Source of the DNA: Amoebidium appalachense
Taxonomy: Eukaryota > Protista > Ichthyosporea
NCBI GenBank assembly: GCA_963693365.1
Contig: CAVNZM010000004.1
Coordinates: 1-64,000 of the forward strand
DNA: 64,000 bases
Direction of reading: 5' to 3'
The position numbers and the translations under genes were made by a program. The notes beneath the pieces were generated by a model. The model made no database searches, had not been told where the DNA came from, and worked only from the letters and a program-made list of their open reading frames with translations. Of this stretch, positions 41,956 through 64,000 are shown in pieces (position 1 is the stretch's first letter; the number at the start of each line of letters is the position of its first letter).

Positions 41956-44266
41956 GTGGCACGGTTGTTTACACCCACAGATATTGTGCAGAACTTCGTG
42001 AATTCGAAACAAGCGCACGTGCACAACCGCGGGTATACGTACACGGTGCGCACCGCCACGGTTGTACGGTGCTGTTGCAGTTTCGTGCTCGCAAAAAATC
42101 GCGCATGGAAGAAGTTGGCCATGGGGTCGTTATAAGACAGGAGATCTTGAAATGTGGTGGGTGAAGACGTGATGGACGCTGGCAGAGAGGGCCGGGGGTT
42201 GGGGGTTGGGGATTGGGGGAAGGGGGGGGAGGGGGGGAGGGGAGGGAGGGAGGGGGGGAGGGGGGGGGGGGGGGGGGAGAATACACACGATAAGTGTGCA
42301 GGCGCGTGGGCTGAAGGAGGGGAAATAGTAGCAGAACCGTAACCAATACATACAGCAAGACATACAGCAGGGGGCAAGATGAAGAGGTGGGCTCGCGGGA
42401 GAACCCACTACCAGCACGTGCAGGTGCCCCGTCCCCCTCCACTCACCTCCCAGACAGGTAAGCGAGGGGTCTATGGGCGGGCGGGGAGAGGGAGAGGGGG
42501 GAGGGGGGGCGGAGCCTGAGGAGGGGGGGGAGGAGGGGGGGAGGAGGGAGGGGAGGGGAGATCTAGAGGGGAGTGACTACCAGCAACTGTTCTGTTGCAC
42601 CATGCGCTCTCAGCCTAGCGTATGACTGCAAATCATCTCAAAAATCCTCGAAGAGCCGCTAGTGACAAGTAGGGCGTGACCGTCGCGCATGCTCATGTTT
42701 TAACGCAGCCGCCTGCAGCTCGCAGCATTCAGGTACCAATAAACGTTTGAGTCAATGTCCATGAAGATAAAGCCAATGATCATTGTGAGGCCTACTGGTA
42801 AAGGAGCTCGTCAGCAGCAGAGAGGCATGGCGGCTGCAACTGCAAGCAAGGTCACTCAAGGAGGCCTCGGTTGGAAGTTAGGTCACAAGTTGCCGGAGCT
42901 GGTTGCCGGGGTGGCTGCCTGCATGGTGGCTGCAGCCCCCTGCCGGCTCCCGCGGAGTCCGGCCCGGGCATTCTCGCGCCAAAACAGACCTGTCGGCCAA
43001 TCACCGAAGAGCTAGGCTTTCTTATTTCTATGATGACATCATTTGTACTAGTGAATGAATACCATGTGTCAGCATACAGAGATTACGCTATAGGTACTAT
43101 CACGTATCGCGCGATACCCTGAAAATGATCCCCAAGAGGACTCAACAACCTGCAAGCGTGGGCGCCAGCCATCATGAACTCGAGCGCAAGGGCGGCTAAC
43201 GGCGGCACGGGCGTGCACGCGCTGGGCAGTGAACCTTTCAGTGAACCGTGTTTGCAGGGGTGAAGCGTGTGCCTGTAGGTCTGGAAGCCGAGGGCCTGCT
43301 AGTCCACAGCTGTAGATGGGAAGGAGTCAAAAAGAGGTGTCGGGGCTGAGGCTCACCGTGGCCCGGTGTGCCGAGCAGCAAACGGTATGTGGTCAAAGGC
43401 GAGAGGAAGGCCCTGTAGTGCTCCGTATGGATCAGCATGAAGACAAAAGCATTCTTACATGTGTTAGAAACAGTTTGTAGAGAACGGAGCCATTGTAAAG
43501 GCAGTGGCTGGTTATTCAGTGCCCTGCCCTGTGCCCTCTGTGGCAAACAAAGCAGTGGTGCAAGGTTCAGGATAGTAGACCTCTGACTCTACTGCCCTCA
43601 TGCATACGCCCTTAGTATCGCTTCTCCACCACTCCCACTGCGTTCGGCTTTGTTTCCTCCGCAGACCCTCAGAGTAAACCGGCTGGTGGTCATCCTAATG
43701 CTCGTGTTCCTCACTGTTTTTTTGGGTGCATCAGCCCCAAGCTGTTCCCCCCCCTCCCCCCCCCCCCCCCCCCTCCACCCTCCCTCTCTTCCCCCGTCCC
43801 CTCCCCGCCTCCCCCCTTCTCTCCTCCACCCTTTCCCCGCCTTTGAACCCCCCCCTCTCCCTCCCCCCCCCCCCCCCTCCCCCCCCCCTCTACCCTCCTC
43901 CACTCTTTCCCCGTTTTTGACCCCCCCTCCCCTCCCCCCCCCTCCCCCCCCCCCCCTTACCCTCGCCTGTAGTCTCCCTCATCCCTTGCTTACGGTGGTC
44001 TGGCAGGTAGCAAACGATGTACTGAAGTAATAAGCTGGGGCTATGGTGCACCAAGATAAGATGCTTCCATCTAGAGGCACACTAGCATACCCTGCATTAT
44101 GTCCTTGTGTGCGTCTTGCTGGCCCATAAAACCTGCAGGCCTCTTCCCCTTCGGGTGTGCCAAACTGCACCATATGTAACCACTTTTGTCCTGCCGCCTT
44201 GCTAGTGTTTGCCACTCAGTAAGCTGATCCGGCAATCTCACTGCCTCGAGCAGGGCTGCCACCACC

Positions 44267-55044
<10,778 letters not shown>

Positions 55045-55612
55045 ATGAATGGAAGGCTTATGGTCGGTGTGATAGGTGTGGTTGGTACAGGAAATGATTT
55101 CATGCACGTAGGCAATGGAACGAATTGAGTGCCCAGTGAATGTGTCGTGCCAGCAATGATGACGTAACACAGAAACCCAGGCTGCTTTGGGTGCTGCTAA
55201 ACATACATAGTTCAGCAGGTATGTGTAATGTGAGCAGAGATCAACCAAACGTACATATCTCATGCATGTAAACATCGTGTGATCAGAGATCAACATCATA
55301 CGGTGATTGATGCCTTTAATGAAACATAATTGAGAGTGTCATGATGTATATAACGGGACCACTGTTTAACATAATATAGCTCATGCATGTATGGATGATG
55401 TGACTAATATTAGAGACCAACGTGATCGTGCAGTGTCTGTAAGGCCCAGCAGCAGGCACACTGAGCCATGTAGTCCCTGACGAGTGTTACTTTTGGGGGA
55501 CCTTTGAATGGCAGGCATGCTCATAAACTCGAATGAATAATTATAATTTCTGTGTGTGGTATTTATGTGGGCTGGCATGTCGCCTGGCGCTGACCCATTG
55601 GATTCTCGGTCA

Positions 55613-55655
<43 letters not shown>

Positions 55656-56353
55656 CCCCCCCTTCTCCCTCCCAAATCCTGTGCACACTAAAGTACAGAT
55701 CTTAACCGGCTCTGCAAATCGTTATTCAAAATGTTCTCCTGTATCTGCAGCTGAGAGAATAGTCGTTTGGTGGGATGGGTCTGACGATTCTGCAGCGCCT
55801 CTAAGACCCCCCTGCCCCCCCTCCACCCCCCCCCCCTCCCCCCTCTCCCCGCCCCCCTTTTTTTCCCCTCCCTTTTTACTTCTTTCTTTCCTCCCTTCGC
55901 TCTCTTCTCACCCCCCCCCCCCCCCCCCCCCCCCCCCTCCCCTCCCCCCTTTTTTTGTGTTGTTCTGCTTGTCATTTGTTGTTCTGATTGAATACCTGCA
56001 TTGATATATTCTTCCCACGGTTATAAGATTGGTTTGCATTTTGTTATCCGTTGTTTATGTGTAAACCCCCCTTTATGTGTACTTCATACGGCGTCCCCAC
56101 AAATTCAACCCCCCCCCCCCCCCCCCCCCCCTCCCTCCTCCTCCCCCCTCCCTCCCCCGCGGCCGGTGCCCACCCACCCATATCACCACCCCGTAACACA
56201 TTGGCTACTAACCATCGCCACCACTGCAAAAAAAATTACACTCATGTAGACAAACATGCAAACACTCACACACATACTCGAAGCTCTGTTCTCGCTCACA
56301 CTTACACGCACACGCACAGGCTGTCAAGCGCACGTGGAACCCACACGCACACA

Positions 56354-56473
<120 letters not shown>

Positions 56474-56871
56474 CACACACATGGACACACACAGAGAGAG
56501 ATTCCTGCGTGTAGTCCTCACCCAGGTGTTGTACCCATTCTCTATGTATGTCTGAAAATCCTATGAGTAAGTAAAACAAAATGGCCACGTGAGAAATGGA
56601 CATGTCTAGCACTATGTGTATATGGGGTTTACGCTGTTTACTCGAGGCAAAGAGAGACCAGTCTCAGGTATGGGGGGGGTTTGCTCGGAGTATCCCCTCA
56701 GCGGTATATCATGATCAAGTACATAAATGTCGGGTGATGATTATATATCAGGGTTTACTTTCTCTACGAGGCACCATAAAAACTAAGAAAAATCAATTAG
56801 TTGGGTTCCCCGTTTTTTTTTTCTTTTTTTTTTTTTTTTTTCGGGCTCCTCTGGGACACTCGGTATCAGCT

Positions 56872-56940
<69 letters not shown>

Positions 56941-57039
56941 TAGAATTTGTAATGATGTGTTTCTCAAGCCAATCAATACATCTAATAAACAGGTCATAGT
57001 TACGTGTGTTTAGTATAAAATCAAGGATGATGTAATTTT

Positions 57040-59440
57040 AAGGTAGGCTATCTTTCTGGGTGTCTGTTGTGAATGTGTCGTGTGTGTGTTGCGGTATTAT
57101 GTGGTCTATCAAACTACATTTGGCGATACGTGACCGTTGAAACTGGTTTGTGTGTGTGTTGTTTGCATGCAAACAATGCCACCTTATACATATTAGATCT
57201 CCACTGTATAGCACGTGTACAGTAAAAGCGTGGTAAATGATCAATAATACCATCAGCTAGAGAAAGACCAATTCTACAGGAAGGTAATATGTATTTAGGT
57301 GTTACACATTTGCGGGTGCCATATTGCCAATATGGTTGAGGCGGTCATTATATATAAAACGAGACATAAGGCTTAGTTTTTCAAGGTGTATGCTTTCATC
57401 GGGTCTAGTGTCGTGTGGTATCTTTTTACATTTGTATATTGTGTAATTATTTTGTGATTATGTACATGTCTAATAAGTAAATGGCAGTCCAAAGACACAC
57501 GCACACTTTTGCGGGTTTTATTTGTATTTGTGCCCGGGGAAGAAGGAGAGGGAGAGGGAAGAAAAGAGGGTTGAGGTGGGGAGGGAACAGGTCGGATAGA
57601 GAAGAGAGGGTGGGAGGGCAAATAATTCTTTAAGCGGCTTATGTGCTTATTGTATTTCAGCGCGAGGTGGGATACTCTAAAGAGCTATTGGGACCAGACC
57701 GTATATCGAGAGCGTTACAGGCCCAGGTTTTTGTTGTTAGATAAAAAGGAGGCAACTTCTACTTCAAGGAAATTTGCCAAGGGTTTAAGCGCTCTAGTTC
57801 TCTCTTTCTTGATCCAAGCGGCGAGAAGGGGTAAACCATATTCACATGCCGGGAAGACAAAAGTGCGAATAAATGTAAGTCTAATAGAAGGATGGAGGGG
57901 TGTGTCTTTAAAAATATTAGCCGAGAAGAAAGCTAACCGCTGATACGAGCCAGCTGTACCGTCTTTTCAACCATATGGGAAAACATAACACCAACAGAAT
58001 TAACCGGAACGCCAAGATATTTGTTTTCTGGAACTATAGGTACAGGTTTAGATGATAATGTAAATGTGTGTAAATTGTTTGCTATATCAGGTACAAGGAC
58101 ACCACATTTGTCTATGTTAAGGATCATAAGGTTTGCCTTGCACCACTCGACACTACATCGAACAATCTTTGCAGGCGTCTAGGGGTACGGGCAAGGAGGG
58201 ACAGATCATCAGCATAGAGAAGTGCAGGCGGAAAGTTATTAATAGGGTCATCATTTTCGGCATAAATCTAGCGGGAGTGGTGTTTGGTAACAAGAGAACA
58301 TCGGGATATTCCTTCCTACCACCACCAGCATAATCACCGAGATCTATTAAATCATCAACAATAAAGTTAGTGCATATATCTGGTACGAGATGTGAATCTG
58401 GTCTGGCCTGTGCAGATACTAATAGGCGCATATATATACGGTGTTTCGTTGCATAGCATACTCATACATCAACTCTACCCCAATGTGACTTGAGCTGGGA
58501 AAGACGGAGGCGAAAGGTAGGAGGAGGAGGAGGGAGCAGATCAAGGGAGATCTTAGGTAGGAAAAGGATAGGAGAGTGGTCAGATGACCTAGAGAGGTTA
58601 GGAGGGAGAGAGAGTTTTGACATGGTTGATGGCCAAAAGGCCACTCCCCAGTCGGTGTTGTGGGCATGGGATTTTTGAGGGAACCGCAAAGTGTGACTTT
58701 GGACATACCTTGCTAAAAGGGTAGCGCGCTCCGGGGGCTTATATTGGTACCCGACACTCACTTGCAGTGTGTCTGTATGGTGGAGTCGCGTGTTAAACTC
58801 ACCTAAAAATAACAGTGGATATTGGTAACTGTGATAACTCGTGGGTTATTTCGGTAACCGACATAGATGGTGGGTAATATACAAAAGTAAAAAGATTAGA
58901 AAGAAACTCTATAGAAACCGAGAATTCTTTTTGCTACCGGTTTGCACTTCACTCTCACGTGTGGCGCGGCAAGTACAATAATGCCTCGGTTTTTCGCGTG
59001 GATGTGTCGACCAATGTAGAGTTGAATTTGTGGTGGTTTTTGAACTGTGTTTCGCAAATCACTGTAAATGTGTGGTTGTTTGTCTGTTGTTGTATGTAGC
59101 TGATTTTATCGTCGAGTGTCCCGGGGGGTAGACCCTTTTGGGGGCCCAGTGTCCGAGCATTCCAGAAGAAGAAGGATAAATCAGGCATCGGTTTGGTCCG
59201 ACGCCTGGTGGGGTTGGTTCCCACTTGTCACTTACGGGGTCGTATGCACGACCTTCCGCCAGCGCGAACAGTACGCAGAAGAGCTCGATTTCCATCTCGC
59301 ATCGGCGTTTGCATGCGCTCGAGTAGTTTCTCACCAGACAACATCGGTTCCTTCGTGTCCGTGACTATCACGCTTGTAGCATCGGTTTCCAACTTTGCGA
59401 GGAATTGCTGATGCGTACACGACAGCGTGTGGCGCACGCA
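57040..59440 (-). mobile_element. Decayed non-LTR retrotransposon with APE endonuclease and RT remnants, internally deleted
   Basis: Minus strand APE motifs FFWNARTL...VICETQ, VYYPPS and SDHSPI; RT motifs LLYADDLSLL, LNIDKC, KYLGVPV and FVFPACEYGL. Many frameshifts and stops; the APE-RT distance is too short for an intact ORF2. Confidence 0.82.
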
Positions 59441-59545
59441 TTCTTAGCAGACACTTTACGCTCTTTGTCATGTGTATATACAACCCCTAGTTGGCTACCA
59501 CGAAATCTGACTCACTGACCCGGACTCCTCCTCCTCCGTCTTCCT

Positions 59546-59577
<32 letters not shown>

Positions 59578-60114
59578 TTCTTCTTGCTGCAGGCTCCCGG
59601 ATATGCATACTTGGATACCCGTGCATTGGACTTGGGGGGGAGGGGAGGGAGGGGGGGCAGTATTGAACTTCACTCGCGTCGTGGATGCTCTGGTTGCAGC
59701 GTATTTGCAACATGCATGCAACCTATGTCAACCTTAACTATTACATCTTATGGGGATTTGGCCGGAGTGAGTGGCTAAAAAATGTTTATTTCCCCCTGAA
59801 ATCATTCTTGAAAAGCTTGCATGCTCGTCCAAATGGTCATGACGACCATGGGCTCATGAGCTCTGTCACTGAAGGGGACCATTCAGTGGACTGCGTGGTC
59901 GGAGTCACATAAAGCCTTGCCATCGGAGTCACATAAAGCCTTGCCATCTGGACGCAAGGCGGCTGGGCTCGGGCAAAAGTTGGCGTTTGTGCGTTTGGCA
60001 TCATATTAGGGCACTTGACCGTACACAAATGCACATGCTTCGTCTGCCAAATATAGAAAATGGCGCGCGTTGACTTCAACACATGATGACGCCATAGTTG
60101 TTATTTATAGCTCA

Positions 60115-60225
60115 CTTGTTGATTGGTGGCTCAAGAAATGGAATGTGAGCAAACCAATCAGCTATCGACAGTCATTTTCAACCAATCGGATGATCACCTA
60201 AAATGCAGAAGCCAATCATAAGTGG
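60115..60225 (+). promoter_or_regulatory. CCAAT-box cluster upstream of the secreted-protein gene
   Basis: GATTGG, ACCAATCAG, ACCAATCGG and GCCAATCA at roughly 30-bp spacing. Confidence 0.5.
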
Positions 60226-60513
60226 AGGAATCTTTCATGGCGCCAGCAGCCTAGATCTGCCTATAGGGACCGTCACACTGTGTGTTGTGCTCTTGTGTTC
60301 CAGCACGTGTTATGTTCAGCGTGCATAGTGCGGTATTGCTCTCGTGTTTCATGATTATTCAGTAGCACAGCACGCTGGTAAGCACATCTAACCAAAATAA
60401 CGCGTAGGGTGTTTTGTTTGGCCTACGTGTTCCATGTTGCAATCCACCCACCCTCTAGAAACAGCCCGCACTTTGCACAAGGCAACCTTCGGTGCACTTG
60501 GTAAAACGCAATA

Positions 60514-63924
<3,411 letters not shown>

Positions 63925-64000
63925 TGGGCACGCCACACACACACACACACACACACATGCTTATGCTCACCGCACGTGCATAGACACATGCTTATGCTCA

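Noticed and set aside
43030-43122. C/D box snoRNA (ATGATGA...CTGA)
   Set aside because: Weak terminal stem and no rRNA-complementary guide that I can recognise; these motifs occur often by chance.

Overview
Eukaryotic, intron-rich DNA. Introns are GT-AG and full of (CA)n/(GT)n and poly-C/poly-G tracts, so most ORFs in the supplied track are microsatellite artefacts. A unicellular holozoan/ichthyosporean-like genome is plausible, but that is inference only. The first ~17.5 kb is a nest of transposons. A minus-strand Ty1/Copia element (LTR 8904-9332) has its gag split in frame by a 7.7-kb DNA transposon with TIRs and a 2-bp TSD (844-8545) that carries internal satellites. Next to it is a spliced DDE transposase gene fused to an OTU protease, a Cys-rich CXC-like domain and a Myb/SANT-like domain. 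Host genes follow: a long coiled-coil protein with a C-terminal CAP-Gly domain, a bromodomain protein (minus strand), ARGLU1, a strongly divergent DNMT1-like gene (CXXC-BAH-BAH-MTase, no visible RFTS, altered motifs IV/IX/X), and the 5' part of a secreted protein resembling bacterial peptidase pro-regions. Two decayed non-LTR retrotransposons are also present. The most interesting items are the divergent DNMT1-like enzyme, the transposase-deubiquitinase fusion, and a 240-bp palindrome covering a 3' splice site of the DNMT gene. All family assignments come from reading motifs by eye; no searches were run.
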